Of a stretch of DNA of 47,193 nt, positions 17,653 to 28,092 are shown piece after piece. How positions within the stretch are numbered: position 1 is the first letter of the stretch; every line of letters starts with the position of its first letter. The notes under the pieces are model-generated. The model saw only the letters and a list, made by a program, of their open reading frames with translations. It was not told where the DNA came from and did not search any database. The position numbers and the translations under genes are program-made. Location: the NCBI GenBank assembly GCA_026193235.1, contig JAPHSA010000045.1, positions 1-47,193 on the forward strand, written 5' to 3'. The DNA comes from Deltaproteobacteria bacterium (lineage in GTDB: Bacteria; Desulfobacterota; Desulfuromonadia; Desulfuromonadales; Geopsychrobacteraceae).

Positions 17653-19083
17653 ATGGCACGACCATATATTATCACCATTGCCAGTGAAAAAGGCGGTGTT
17701 GGCAAAACCACTCTTGCAACGAATCTGGCTATCTATCTGAAAGCTTTGGCGGAAGATCTCCCGATAACGCTGTTCAGCTTTGATAATCATTTCACTGTCG
17801 ATCAAATGTTTCAACTCGGGAAAGCAACTTCTCAAAATCATGTTGGCCAGTTGTTTACCGGCCTCAAAGCAGAAGAATTGATTGTCATGGGCCAGTATGG
17901 TGTCAACTATATTCCGTCCAACAGTCAACTATTTGATTACCAACCCGAGATCAAAACTATTGAACACCTCGCGTTGACACTCAGCCAATCAGCGCTAGAG
18001 GGGGTTCTGATTATTGATACCAGCCCCGTTCTGGATCATTATACACGCAACGCGCTCCATGCCGCAGATCGCGTAATCGTCCCCATCAAAGATGCACCTT
18101 CTCTGGAAAACTGCCGCCATATAGCAGAGGTGCTCGTTAACCAGGGTCGGTCAAAAACACTCTTAAAAATCCTCCCTTGCCTGATTGATACAAGAATCCA
18201 CTTTAGTGGACCTTTTCGTAATTCTTATCAGCTGCTAAAGGCTTACGCAATAAATCGTGGGTATCGCTGTTACGAAGGATTTATTGCGAAAAGCCCGAAG
18301 GTGGAAACGTTGGGAACGAACCCATCAGGAAAAATTTATCCGGTCATCACCCATGCGCGCAATACTGACGTTCATCTGCAATTGACACACCTTGCCAGAC
18401 AGGTTTATCTGGAGTACCTGGAGCAAGGACCTACGCGGCTGAATGAGGTTGCCAACGATCTCTTTGAACAGACGGAACGCTTTGTACAGCAAAGCAGCGA
18501 CCGCATAACTAAACTGCAATCAACCTGCCTCTGCTGCGACAAGCCTTTACCAGAGGAAAATGCCTGGCCTAATGCCTATTATCTGGAAAATTCAAACAGC
18601 AGCTATTGCGGGTTCATCGAGGATGAGTGTTTTTTTGAAATGCTCTTACGTGATTGCTACCGAGAATTGAGCGGCACAGAACAGCAAAATCTGTTACGTG
18701 AGATCCTCGCTAGTCCGACAAACACCGGGTACCTGTTATTGCAGAAAACGCAAATGGCTCATGAAACAGCGAGGATCGATCTTTATCGGCTAGACCAACA
18801 GGGAGAGAAAATTTCCGGCAGAAGTATTGAGATAAGAGAAGCCAAACTTCTTAAGCACCGTGGACGAATCAACCTGATGCAATTTTTCAGCAAAGCGGAA
18901 ACAGACATAGAAGAAGAGACGCAGACCCTACTGGTTCAGCGCATGGGTGAAAACCCTTATGGAATTCTTGAGCATAAGGCCTACCTGGAATGGTTGACTG
19001 TCTTCAATCGAGTCCAGGTTGATCAATGCAACGATAGAGACGCCAGCCAGTCTGTGCAGGGTTCTGACACTCAGTTTCAGTAA
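17653..19083 (+). CDS. ParA/MinD-superfamily ATPase with ~220-aa uncharacterised C-terminal extension
   Basis: Deviant Walker A: IITIASEKGGVGKTTLATNLA. Walker B-like VLIIDTSP. After about aa 255 I recognise no domain; this part contains CLCCDKPL...YCGFIEDECFF. GAGGAA RBS. Confidence 0.85.
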   Translation: MARPYIITIASEKGGVGKTTLATNLAIYLKALAEDLPITLFSFDNHFTVDQMFQLGKATSQNHVGQLFTGLKAEELIVMGQYGVNYIPSNSQLFDYQPEIKTIEHLALTLSQSALEGVLIIDTSPVLDHYTRNALHAADRVIVPIKDAPSLENCRHIAEVLVNQGRSKTLLKILPCLIDTRIHFSGPFRNSYQLLKAYAINRGYRCYEGFIAKSPKVETLGTNPSGKIYPVITHARNTDVHLQLTHLARQVYLEYLEQGPTRLNEVANDLFEQTERFVQQSSDRITKLQSTCLCCDKPLPEENAWPNAYYLENSNSSYCGFIEDECFFEMLLRDCYRELSGTEQQNLLREILASPTNTGYLLLQKTQMAHETARIDLYRLDQQGEKISGRSIEIREAKLLKHRGRINLMQFFSKAETDIEEETQTLLVQRMGENPYGILEHKAYLEWLTVFNRVQVDQCNDRDASQSVQGSDTQFQ

Positions 19084-20252
19084 ATATGGACAACGCTCGA
19101 AGCCTGAACAAAATCGACCGGTTGGGTTTTCAACCAGGCCAATTCTAGATTTAACGCCTGAAGGGTTTCTTTATAGGGATGGCAAATAGCTATAATTTCC
19201 CTGTCCGAGCCGGCCAGGCGAACCATTTTGCGAATCTGCTCACGAATGTAAGTCACATCTTCCTGATTATCCAAAAAGATATTTCTGGTTGCGGTCTTCA
19301 ACCCCATCTTGCGCGCTTCGGAAAAAGCAACAGAGCTCCCAATTGTTCGACTGTCGATAAAAAACTGGTTGTGCTGCTTCAGTTCATCTAGAACAATGCG
19401 CATCAACCCGGCCTCCTCGGTGTAACGCGACCCCATATGGTTGTTTCCACCGACTGCGCCGGGGACTGCCAGCATGTATGAGCGCACCAAACGCCTGATT
19501 TCACCTTCCGATTGGCCTAACAATAGGGCATTTGCTCCTGGATTGGTCCGTGGATAGCTGCGTGGTTGCATCGGGATGTGAATCATATATTCTCGTTCAG
19601 CACTCTGAAGTAATGCCGCTGCTGAAGTCGCCTGATCGGTCCCGGGAAGGATGGCAGGAGTCACCGGGAGATCCATGTCGAGCAGTTTATGAAGGGTCGA
19701 CAAAGAACCGCCCATATCATCCATTATAATTGCAATCTTGCCCCGTTGTGTTTGTGTTTTATCCGGAACTCGATACCGCAATTCAAGTTGCAATTCCTCT
19801 TGCCAGAAAAGATGAATAATTCCCTGTTCCCGATTGACTTGTAATTGCGCCGGACTATTGGTCTGCTCAATATGAGTTATCAACTCTGCGAGAAAAAGAT
19901 CAGATGGGAAATCACCAAATATTTTACGAATTTGGACTTTGCTGGTGGATGATAGTTTACGCCAGCCCATTGATTGCGGGCCGTTGAGCAATTGATTTTC
20001 AATCAGGGCATAAATATCCGCATAATCATAAACTTTCTGTGTCTGAATCTCATGAGCAGGCTCTTCATAGACGAAAACAGGCTCCGGCAATAATTTCCCC
20101 CGCAGAGCAACCAAAGCCATTAAGCACAAGGCTACAAAAAACAGGAGAAAACCACTGGCTAGCAGGATACGCATGCCTTGTGACAAGCCTGACTTTTTTC
20201 TTTTTCTACGCGACTTTTTTTTAGCCGCTGGTGTTTTTTTACTCGATGCCAT
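19077..20252 (-). CDS. yibQ: divergent polysaccharide deacetylase family protein (YibQ-like)
   Basis: Lys-rich N-terminus plus a TM segment. IAIIMDDMGG, PVTPAILPG, HIPMQP and GGNNHMGS motifs of the YibQ family. Confidence 0.85.
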   Translation of the reverse strand: MASSKKTPAAKKKSRRKRKKSGLSQGMRILLASGFLLFFVALCLMALVALRGKLLPEPVFVYEEPAHEIQTQKVYDYADIYALIENQLLNGPQSMGWRKLSSTSKVQIRKIFGDFPSDLFLAELITHIEQTNSPAQLQVNREQGIIHLFWQEELQLELRYRVPDKTQTQRGKIAIIMDDMGGSLSTLHKLLDMDLPVTPAILPGTDQATSAAALLQSAEREYMIHIPMQPRSYPRTNPGANALLLGQSEGEIRRLVRSYMLAVPGAVGGNNHMGSRYTEEAGLMRIVLDELKQHNQFFIDSRTIGSSVAFSEARKMGLKTATRNIFLDNQEDVTYIREQIRKMVRLAGSDREIIAICHPYKETLQALNLELAWLKTQPVDFVQASSVVHIY

Positions 20253-20305
20253 AAACAGTTTATCTTTCGCTATCGGAATAAACCGATATTAAACATACAT
20301 TTTTT

Positions 20306-21601
20306 TCAGGCTGCCCTGTTGCTACCTTTTAGGATCTCAAACCCTTTGAGCAGCTCTAATGCGCGCAGCAACTGATAGTCGTCACTATCTTCGGAATTCT
20401 GTTCATCTTCGTCCTTCATTTTGACCTGGTTTTCTGGCAGCGCGTCAAAATGATTTTCAAGATCTGCTTCGCGCATCTGTTGAGTTTCGCCCTGTGGCGG
20501 CAAAAACTTCTGTGAGGCAATAATATCCGGAGTAATGCCCCGCGCCTGGATTGAACGACCAGAGGGGGTAAAATATCGCGCTGTTGTCAAACGCAATCCG
20601 GATCCATCTCCTAGCGGGATGATAGTCTGAACTGAGCCCTTGCCGAAGCTCTGTTCGCCTAGAATAATTGCTCGGCCATGGTCCTGTAAGGCCCCGGCTA
20701 CAATTTCTGCAGCGCTGGCACTCCCCCCGTTGATCAGGACAACCATGGGATACCCAGGCTCCGTATCGGTCTGCACAGCAGAAAACTTTAACTGAGCTTC
20801 AGCATCGCGCCCCTCGGTGTAAACAATCAATCCATCAACAAGAAACAGGTCGGCAACTGCAACAGCCTGATCAAGCAAACCGCCTGGGTTATTTCTTAAA
20901 TCCAGGATGACTCCCTTGAGGGTAGAAGAATTTTTCTCACGCAGACGGTTCAAGTGCTCTTGTAAATCACGACCCGTTCGCTCCTGGAATTGTGAAACGC
21001 GCACATAGCCATAGTTCTCTTCAATAACTCTGCTCTTCACGCTCTGTAGCTGGATGAGGTCACGTATGAGCGTAAAAACCAACAGTTCTTTTTTACCTTG
21101 ACGAGCTATTGCAAGGGTCACCGGCTCGCCCTTTGGACCACGCATCAGCCTCACTGCCTGCATTATTTCAAGATCCTGTGTCAACTGGCCATTAATTTTT
21201 ACAATGCGATCTCCAGCTTTAATCCCTGCTGTGTAAGCAGGAGTATCTTCAATTGGTGAAACGACAACGAGAGTATTATCTTTGATAGTGATTTCAATGC
21301 CCAAACCACCAAATTCGCCATGGGTATCAGCCTGCATGTCTTCGTACATCTCAGGGGTCAGAAAACTACTGTGGGGATCAAGGGTTTCCAGCATTCCCCG
21401 GATAGCGCCATAAACCAATTCACGGTTATCCACGTCCTCGACATAACTACTCCGAATCAACGCAAGAACATCCGTAAATATTTCGAGATTTTTATAATCT
21501 TCTTCCTGGTTGACCATGTCTGTTTGACTGAAACTATAGTCAGCGGGACAAAAGACCACCAGGAGTATGAAAAGGCAGATCAACTTTTTAAAATAATACA
21601 T
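20306..21601 (-). CDS. ctpA: S41-family carboxy-terminal processing peptidase
   Basis: PDZ domain (GLGIEITIKD...GDRIVKING). Catalytic region LINGGSASAAEIVAGAL and SFGKGSVQ (Ser/Lys dyad). Confidence 0.92.
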   Translation of the reverse strand: MYYFKKLICLFILLVVFCPADYSFSQTDMVNQEEDYKNLEIFTDVLALIRSSYVEDVDNRELVYGAIRGMLETLDPHSSFLTPEMYEDMQADTHGEFGGLGIEITIKDNTLVVVSPIEDTPAYTAGIKAGDRIVKINGQLTQDLEIMQAVRLMRGPKGEPVTLAIARQGKKELLVFTLIRDLIQLQSVKSRVIEENYGYVRVSQFQERTGRDLQEHLNRLREKNSSTLKGVILDLRNNPGGLLDQAVAVADLFLVDGLIVYTEGRDAEAQLKFSAVQTDTEPGYPMVVLINGGSASAAEIVAGALQDHGRAIILGEQSFGKGSVQTIIPLGDGSGLRLTTARYFTPSGRSIQARGITPDIIASQKFLPPQGETQQMREADLENHFDALPENQVKMKDEDEQNSEDSDDYQLLRALELLKGFEILKGSNRAA

Positions 21602-21613
21602 AACACCTCACGA

Positions 21614-22756
21614 TTACTGCTTTATCAACCAGGAAAGAGGATTGACCGGAGAACCTTTGGAACGAATTTCAAAATACATGCTATCGCGACCGGCCAGACC
21701 ACTGTAGCCGAGTAAGTCTCCCGATGAAACCTGATCACCTAATTTTTTCTGCATCCGGTCAATCTGTGCATATAAGCTATGATAGCCGCCGGAGTGGCTG
21801 AGGATGTAGAGGTTGCCATAACCTTTGAAGTAATCTGCAAAAACGACTTTGCCTGCTGCTACAGCCTGAATAGGGCTGCCAAGTTTGGTCGCAATTTCCA
21901 GCCCATTACTTTCGTAATAGGTTCCCAGCTTATTATCCTTCTGGGTTCCAAACCCGATAATGACCTGACCCTTCACTGGCCAACGCAACTTTCCTCTTCC
22001 TATAGCAAAATGTTCAGCAACTGCACCAGGTTGACCTGCTGACTCTTTTTGCAACCCTGTGATCAACTCTTTCAACTTGGTGGCATTAATTTTGAGTTGT
22101 TTAAGTTCCTGATTCAGTTTTGTTTTTTCAAGCCGGGCCTGTTTGAGTAAACGCGATTGGAGCTTACGCCCGTCTTCAGCCATTTGACGCTGTCTTTGTT
22201 CATTTTCTAAAAGCTGCGTTTGCTGTTGTTCCAATAGTTTCTGTTCTGTCAATTGCTTTTTCTGCAGGTCATAAGCAGCACGGTACTCATCCAGCAACGC
22301 CTGATCGTGTTCCAGAACTCTCGTCAGGTAGTGATACTGTTGAATCATTTCCGTTGGTGAGTCGGCTGAAAAGAGTACCTTTAAGGGGCCCGCTTCGCCC
22401 TCTTTGTACAAAGCTACCAGCCTCGCCTCCAAGCGAGTCATGATTTTCCGGGACTTCTGCTGGCTATCCCTAATCAATTGATCTAGTTGGTTGATCTTTG
22501 CCCGCAGATTTTTCTGATCTTTTTTTAACTCGGCAATGCGTAGATCGACTAACTGTAGTGATTTTTTCAGCAGAGCCAATTCCCGACTGATCGACAATTC
22601 TGATTGACGGTTATCTTTGAGATCTTTTTCAGCACGCTCAATCCGCTTTTTAATTTTTTCAAGTTGAACCTGCTGATCTCCATTCACGGCAGAACTGTTC
22701 TGAGGCAGCAGCAGTAAGATCAAAAAAAGAATTGGCGTAAGAATCCGGAACATCAT
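21614..22756 (-). CDS. envC: murein hydrolase activator EnvC-like (coiled coil plus degenerate LytM/M23 domain)
   Basis: Signal peptide, then ~230 aa of Q/K/L-rich coiled coil. The C-terminal LytM domain has replaced metal ligands: NGLEI instead of HxGxD, and MYFEIR instead of LHFEIR. ATG overlaps the ftsX stop as TAATG. Confidence 0.88.
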   Translation of the reverse strand: MMFRILTPILFLILLLLPQNSSAVNGDQQVQLEKIKKRIERAEKDLKDNRQSELSISRELALLKKSLQLVDLRIAELKKDQKNLRAKINQLDQLIRDSQQKSRKIMTRLEARLVALYKEGEAGPLKVLFSADSPTEMIQQYHYLTRVLEHDQALLDEYRAAYDLQKKQLTEQKLLEQQQTQLLENEQRQRQMAEDGRKLQSRLLKQARLEKTKLNQELKQLKINATKLKELITGLQKESAGQPGAVAEHFAIGRGKLRWPVKGQVIIGFGTQKDNKLGTYYESNGLEIATKLGSPIQAVAAGKVVFADYFKGYGNLYILSHSGGYHSLYAQIDRMQKKLGDQVSSGDLLGYSGLAGRDSMYFEIRSKGSPVNPLSWLIKQ

Positions 22757-23652
22757 TAAATTCGAACGAAGCGCCTTAGAGAAGAAAGACTTCCGAGAAG
22801 ACCGAGGACAACTCCCGAAAAAACCAGAATAAGCTGCTGATTAAAAGACAGAAACAGCAAATTAAAATCGTTCGGTGTCAACCAGAAAGAATTCAGACTG
22901 CGCGAAATAATTAAAGAGAATGACAACATCAGAAAAACCAGTGAAATCAATCCGCCCAATAGCCCCTGGATCGCCCCTTCAAGCAAAAAAGGAACCTTGA
23001 TAAACCGCATAGTCGCTCCGACCAGGGCCATGATTTCCAACTCATCACGGCGCGCATACAAGGTTAACTTGATGGTGTTAGAGACAATAAAAAGGGCTGC
23101 TAATAGTAAAAAACCACCAAGGACAATGCCAACGAAACGTAACATATTGACAAAACTGTTAAACCGCTCAAGCCATTTCTGTCCATAGCGTAAATCGTCA
23201 ACCTCAAGCGAGTTTTCTAAACGCTCTATAATCCGGGAAATATGCTCTTGATCACGAAATTCTGGGCGGAGATTCAGTTCAATCGATGCCGGAAGCAGCT
23301 GACTATTTAAGCCCTCAAGAAGACTGGCATCGTCTCCGAGGCGTTGGCGAAAACGGTTCATGGCATCATCTGGAGAGACATAGCTGACAGAATCTACTTC
23401 GGGGTAAGCTTTAAGGTCATTTAAAATGGCTGGAATGTCTTGTCGACTGGGGGCTTTTTGCAGGTAGGCAATCAGTTGAATTTCCTTGGTCCAACGCTGT
23501 GACAACTGTTCAACATTAACTACAACCAGAAAAAAAGTAGCCACAGTTGCTAGTGCAACGGCCATAGTCAATACTGCGGCCGAACAAAGAAACGGCCACT
23601 GGCGCATGTTACGCAGGGCTCGCAGGATAAAGTAACGCATTCTTTCCAGCAC
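22756..23652 (-). CDS. ftsX: cell division permease-like protein FtsX
   Basis: 298 aa. One TM, a periplasmic loop, then three C-terminal TM segments. GTG start with GGAGGG 7 nt upstream. Follows ftsE. Confidence 0.92.
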   Translation of the reverse strand: MLERMRYFILRALRNMRQWPFLCSAAVLTMAVALATVATFFLVVVNVEQLSQRWTKEIQLIAYLQKAPSRQDIPAILNDLKAYPEVDSVSYVSPDDAMNRFRQRLGDDASLLEGLNSQLLPASIELNLRPEFRDQEHISRIIERLENSLEVDDLRYGQKWLERFNSFVNMLRFVGIVLGGFLLLAALFIVSNTIKLTLYARRDELEIMALVGATMRFIKVPFLLEGAIQGLLGGLISLVFLMLSFSLIISRSLNSFWLTPNDFNLLFLSFNQQLILVFSGVVLGLLGSLSSLRRFVRI

Positions 23653-23702
23653 AGCTGGGCCCTCCAGATGATTATTTAAATTGAGTGGCGTTATCCGCCA
23701 GA

Positions 23703-24377
23703 CTATACCTGTAACGGTTGTTGATCACCAACCAGTTTTCCCTGATCAAGAGTTATAACCCGCCGGGGGAAACGTTGGTTCAGGCTATGGTCATGGGTTG
23801 CCAGCAAAACAGTTGTCCCTCGCGCATTTGCCCGTTTGAATAATTCCATAATTTCCAGAGTTACATCCTGATCTAGGTTCCCACTCGGCTCATCCGCCAG
23901 GAGAATCAAAGGATCAACAACCAGGGCGCGGGCAATTGCAATTCGCTGCTGCTCACCACCTGACAACTCCAGTGGTCGGCGCTGAAGACGGTGTTCAAGA
24001 CCAACTTCTTTGAGGGCCTGATAGACCTTTTTACTGACTTCGTAGCGCTTCTTCCCCTGAGCCTCCAGAGCAAAGGCGACATTCTCGTACACAGTCCGGC
24101 TCTGAAGTAGCTTGAAATCCTGAAACACCACTCCGATCTGGCGTCTCAAATAGGGGATCTGCGGACCACGTATGCGGGTAATATTCTTTTTATTGATCAA
24201 TATCTGTCCACGCGTAGGTTTTTCTGCAGCGTAAAGCATGCGCAGAAACGTCGTCTTTCCCGCTCCCGAGGCGCCGGTGATATAAACAAAATCACCCTTG
24301 CCTATTTGCAGGGTCAGATCTTTCACCGCAACGGAATCACTACTGTATTTTTTGGTGACGTTATACAGCTGAATCAT
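23703..24377 (-). CDS. ftsE: cell division ATP-binding protein FtsE
   Basis: Walker [13 protein letters not shown] signature LSGGEQQR, Walker B LLADEP. 224 aa. Confidence 0.95.
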   Translation of the reverse strand: MIQLYNVTKKYSSDSVAVKDLTLQIGKGDFVYITGASGAGKTTFLRMLYAAEKPTRGQILINKKNITRIRGPQIPYLRRQIGVVFQDFKLLQSRTVYENVAFALEAQGKKRYEVSKKVYQALKEVGLEHRLQRRPLELSGGEQQRIAIARALVVDPLILLADEPSGNLDQDVTLEIMELFKRANARGTTVLLATHDHSLNQRFPRRVITLDQGKLVGDQQPLQV

Positions 24378-24408
24378 ATCTTTCAGGTACCAAAATGAGT
24401 CAAGTTAT

Positions 24409-25410
24409 TTAGCCTTGAGCCTGGACAGCAGTAATTGCTGAAACATTTACGATATCCTCAACCGAACAGCCTCGAGACAGATCGTTAACCGGCTTGGCTA
24501 AACCTTGAATAATCGGTCCAACGGCTTCAGCGCCAGCAAGACGTTCAACCAGTTTGTAACCGATGTTGCCCGCATCCAGATCGGGGAAAATTATCGTATT
24601 CGCCTTGCCTGCGACTGTTGAGCCAGGTGCTTTTTTATCACCAACTTTAGGAATTAAAGCGGCATCGGCCTGCAGTTCACCATCAATAGACAATTCAGGG
24701 GCTAATTCTCTGGCAATGGATAAAGCTTTCAAAACTTTGTCGCAATCGTCGTGACTGGCACTGCCCTTCGTTGAGAAGCTCAGCATAGCCACCCGGGCAT
24801 CAACACCGAGAAAGCTTTTACAGCTTGCTGCTGTACTGACGGCAATTTCTGCCAGTGCCTGCGCATCAGGATTGGGATTGACTGCGCAGTCGGCAAAACA
24901 GAGCACACCATTTTCGCCAAACTCCGGCGTTTTGGTCACCATCAGGAAAACGGAAGAGACAGTTTTCATCCCCGGAGCAGTCCCGATAACCTGAAAAGCT
25001 GCACGCAAAACATCGCCAGTTGTATTGTCAGCACCCGCAACAGCGCCACCTGCATCGCCTTTGCGAACCATCATGGCTGCAAAGTAGAGGTTGTCTTTAG
25101 CGGTCAAAAGAGCGATGGCCTCTGCACGGCTCAGACCCTTTTTCTTGCGAATGGCCACCAGTTCATCAGCATAGCCTGCGAGCAGATCAGAGGTCTTGGG
25201 ATCAACAACAGTCACCTCTGCCAGGGACACACCCAACCCAGACGCTTTTACATTAAGCTGTTCCGCATTCCCCAGAATGATAACATGAGCCAGTTTATCT
25301 GCTGCAATACGGGCAGAAGCTTCAATCATACGCTCGTCATAACTTTCCGGCAAAACAATCGTCTGCAAAGCTGTACGAGCTTTGACTTTAATCTGATCAA
25401 CCAGATGCAT
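24409..25410 (-). CDS. pta: phosphate acetyltransferase, short (catalytic-domain-only) form
   Basis: 333 aa PTA_PTB domain: IVLPESYDERMIEA, MVRKGDAGGAVAGADNTTGDVLRAA, GPIIQGLAKPVNDLSRGCS. Confidence 0.95.
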   Translation of the reverse strand: MHLVDQIKVKARTALQTIVLPESYDERMIEASARIAADKLAHVIILGNAEQLNVKASGLGVSLAEVTVVDPKTSDLLAGYADELVAIRKKKGLSRAEAIALLTAKDNLYFAAMMVRKGDAGGAVAGADNTTGDVLRAAFQVIGTAPGMKTVSSVFLMVTKTPEFGENGVLCFADCAVNPNPDAQALAEIAVSTAASCKSFLGVDARVAMLSFSTKGSASHDDCDKVLKALSIARELAPELSIDGELQADAALIPKVGDKKAPGSTVAGKANTIIFPDLDAGNIGYKLVERLAGAEAVGPIIQGLAKPVNDLSRGCSVEDIVNVSAITAVQAQG

Positions 25411-25566
25411 TTGACTCTCCTCGAAGATAAAGGGATAACTGAAAGAAATGGGTTATAAAAAGCTGACTTGGTTATACCTAATGCTAAAACACAGGGTCAA
25501 TCCTTTTCCGTTTTCACTTGAATCGGGCTAGTTGTTTTACTGATCTCGGGCTATAATCCTCAGGTT

Positions 25567-26580
25567 ATGAACATCCTCAACACTACCAGATGGCAACAGT
25601 CCAGCGAGCGGCCAAGCCTGCTTATTTACTGCCTGATTTTATCTATCTGCTTTCATCTGCTTGGCATCATGATCATACCACTTTTCGAGAGTAGTGAAGA
25701 GACGCTATTGCAACAACGACCAACGATTGTCCGTTTGATTGATAAGCCCCCCGTCAATAAAGAAAAACCTGTCCAGAAGGATGTCAGTACATATGAAATT
25801 GATCCATTGCCCGTACTGCCAGAGCCACCGCTCCCAGTTGAGTCCCCCCGCAAGGCGGATAAAAATCAGAAAGTTGTGATCGAGCAGGCACCAGAAGGGA
25901 AAGATGTTCGTGACCAGACAACAGCAACAGCCAAACCAAGACCACAAAAAGCCATTATCCCACCAAAAACGCCTCCGCAACCAACCCGGACTGCTGAAAA
26001 AAAACTTCTAAAAACTGAAAAGGCAGATATCCAGCCAACCCTGGAGGCCGAGAAACGATCAAAAACATCTGAATCAGTTTCTGCGCTGCCAAGAGATATC
26101 AAACAGTCACCGCCAGTTCCCCCACCGGTATTAACCCCTGAACAATTACGGCCGGACACAAACACCCTTGATCAAATCGCCAGCGACAGCACCGCAGACC
26201 GCAACCGGATCAAGGAACGCTCGGATGTTAAGGTAGGTGATACAATCTGGCTGAATTTGCAGGACGATCTTTTGGTATCTTTTTTCCGGCGCTTTCATGA
26301 TCAGGTGGAACGCGTCTGGAACTATCCGACAGAAGCCGCCACGCAGGGAATTGAAGGAATTCTGGAATTATGGATCATCGTGGACAAGAATGGTGAACTT
26401 CTCGACGTTGATTTACGCCAAAGCAGCGGCTCAGACATTCTCGATTTCGAAGCGATCCAGGCAGTCTACCGGGCAGCACCATTCGGGCCCTTAACCAGGC
26501 ATTATCCCCATGAAAAGCTCAATATCCGTGCTCATTTTCGCTATTCAATCGTTGGAAAATATATTTACGGACGGCAATAA
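25567..26580 (+). CDS. tonB: TonB-family energy transducer
   Basis: N-terminal TM LLIYCLILSICFHLLGIMIIPLF, a Pro/Lys-rich spacer, and a C-terminal TonB_C-like YPTEAATQGIEGILELWIIVDKNGELLDVDL. Confidence 0.85.
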   Translation: MNILNTTRWQQSSERPSLLIYCLILSICFHLLGIMIIPLFESSEETLLQQRPTIVRLIDKPPVNKEKPVQKDVSTYEIDPLPVLPEPPLPVESPRKADKNQKVVIEQAPEGKDVRDQTTATAKPRPQKAIIPPKTPPQPTRTAEKKLLKTEKADIQPTLEAEKRSKTSESVSALPRDIKQSPPVPPPVLTPEQLRPDTNTLDQIASDSTADRNRIKERSDVKVGDTIWLNLQDDLLVSFFRRFHDQVERVWNYPTEAATQGIEGILELWIIVDKNGELLDVDLRQSSGSDILDFEAIQAVYRAAPFGPLTRHYPHEKLNIRAHFRYSIVGKYIYGRQ

Positions 26581-26608
26581 AAAACGCCCGGGCAAGTAAC
26601 CCAAGCGT
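26577..26608 (-). terminator. intrinsic terminator ending the folD-to-gcvPB transcription unit
   Basis: On the minus strand ACGCTTGGG pairs with CCCGGGCGT (9 bp including 2 G-U), followed by TTTTTTA. Overlaps the tonB stop codon. Confidence 0.55.
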
Positions 26609-26628
26609 CTTCATTATCATCGGCAGCG

Positions 26629-28092
26629 TTAACTCTGATCTGGTTCCCAGCGTAATTTTGGTTTTCGAGCTGCGGTCGCCTCATCCAAACGCCTGACCTT
26701 GGCTCTAACTGGTGCCTGTTTAAGCAATTCCGGATTGTTCTTCGCTTCCTCAGCAATCGTCAGCAAGGCATCGCAAAACTCGTCAATTACCTGCTTGCTT
26801 TCCGTTTCAGTCGGCTCGACCATTAATGCCCCGGGAACAACCAAAGGGAAGTAGATTGTCGGTGGATGATAACCGTAATCGATCAGCCGCTTGGCAACAT
26901 CAAGCGTGTGACAATCATTTGCCAGAGCTTTCTCTGAGAAGACAACTTCATGCAAAGACCGCTGTTTATAGGGCAGATCATATTCACCTTCTAAGCGTGC
27001 ACGAATATAATTGGCGTTGAGTACAGCCAGCTCTGTCGCTCGTTTTAGTCCTTCTCCACCCATAGATAGAATATAGCTGTAAGCCCGTACAAGAATACCA
27101 AAATGGCCGTAAAAAGACTGGACCCGGCCGATTGAGTCTGGTCGTTCATAGTCAAATTTGTAGCTGTCCCCTTCCTTGATGACGACCGGTTTTGGCAAAA
27201 AGGGCTCAAGCTTTTCAACGACACCGACAGGCCCGGCGCCCGGGCCACCTCCACCATGAGGCGTAGAAAAGGTTTTGTGCAGGTTAAAATGCATAACATC
27301 GATGCCAATATCACCCGGTCGGCTGATGCCCATCAACGCATTAAGATTGGCGCCATCAGCATAAACCAGACCACCACGTTCATGAACCAGGTCACAGATT
27401 GCACGGATATCCGCTTCGAACAGTCCAAGGGTATTGGGGTTGGTTACCATCAACGCAGCGACATCGTCATCCATCAACGCAGCGATATCGTCCTTGCTGA
27501 GTACACCGTCAGAAGCAACGGTAATCACTTCATAGCCACAGAGCGCGGCTGACGCCGGGTTGGTTCCGTGCGCCGTATCGGGAATAATAACCTTGCGCCG
27601 TTTCTGGCCATTGGCTTCATGCCAGGCCCTTATCATCAACATCCCGGTAAATTCACCCTGAGCTCCTGCTGCGGGCTGAAGGGTAACGGCCGGAAATCCT
27701 GACACCTCACCCAGATCACGTTGCAGATTATACATCAACTCCAAAGCACCCTGGTTCAGAGCTTCTGGTGTCTGGGGATGGATTTCAGCAAAGCCCGGCA
27801 AGTGTGCTGCCGCCTCATTCACCTTGGGATTGTACTTCATCGTACAACTGCCAAGTGGATAGAACCCACTATCAACGCCATAATTCCAGGTCGACAGACG
27901 AGTATAATGACGGATGACATCAACTTCTGAAAGTTCGGGGAAACCGGCAATTTCCTCTCTCATCAGACTCTGTTGCGGAGCCGTAGCCGGAACGTCCAAT
28001 GCGGAGAGACTGTAACCGATCCTACCTGGCTGTGACTGTTCAAACAGCAGCTTTTCGTCAAGCACCAAACCACGACCTTCTGTGCTGATCAT
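26629..28092 (-). CDS. gcvPB: glycine dehydrogenase (aminomethyl-transferring) subunit 2
   Basis: 487 aa. PLP-lysine region [25 protein letters not shown] overlap with gcvPA. Confidence 0.96.
   Translation of the reverse strand: MISTEGRGLVLDEKLLFEQSQPGRIGYSLSALDVPATAPQQSLMREEIAGFPELSEVDVIRHYTRLSTWNYGVDSGFYPLGSCTMKYNPKVNEAAAHLPGFAEIHPQTPEALNQGALELMYNLQRDLGEVSGFPAVTLQPAAGAQGEFTGMLMIRAWHEANGQKRRKVIIPDTAHGTNPASAALCGYEVITVASDGVLSKDDIAALMDDDVAALMVTNPNTLGLFEADIRAICDLVHERGGLVYADGANLNALMGISRPGDIGIDVMHFNLHKTFSTPHGGGGPGAGPVGVVEKLEPFLPKPVVIKEGDSYKFDYERPDSIGRVQSFYGHFGILVRAYSYILSMGGEGLKRATELAVLNANYIRARLEGEYDLPYKQRSLHEVVFSEKALANDCHTLDVAKRLIDYGYHPPTIYFPLVVPGALMVEPTETESKQVIDEFCDALLTIAEEAKNNPELLKQAPVRAKVRRLDEATAARKPKLRWEPDQS

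Noticed and set aside
18760-18860. PilZ-like c-di-GMP binding motif in the ParA-like C-terminal region (RIDLYR ... EKISGRS).
   Set aside because: The spacing is RxxxxR rather than RxxxR, and the second element does not fit D/NxSxxG. The resemblance is too weak to call.
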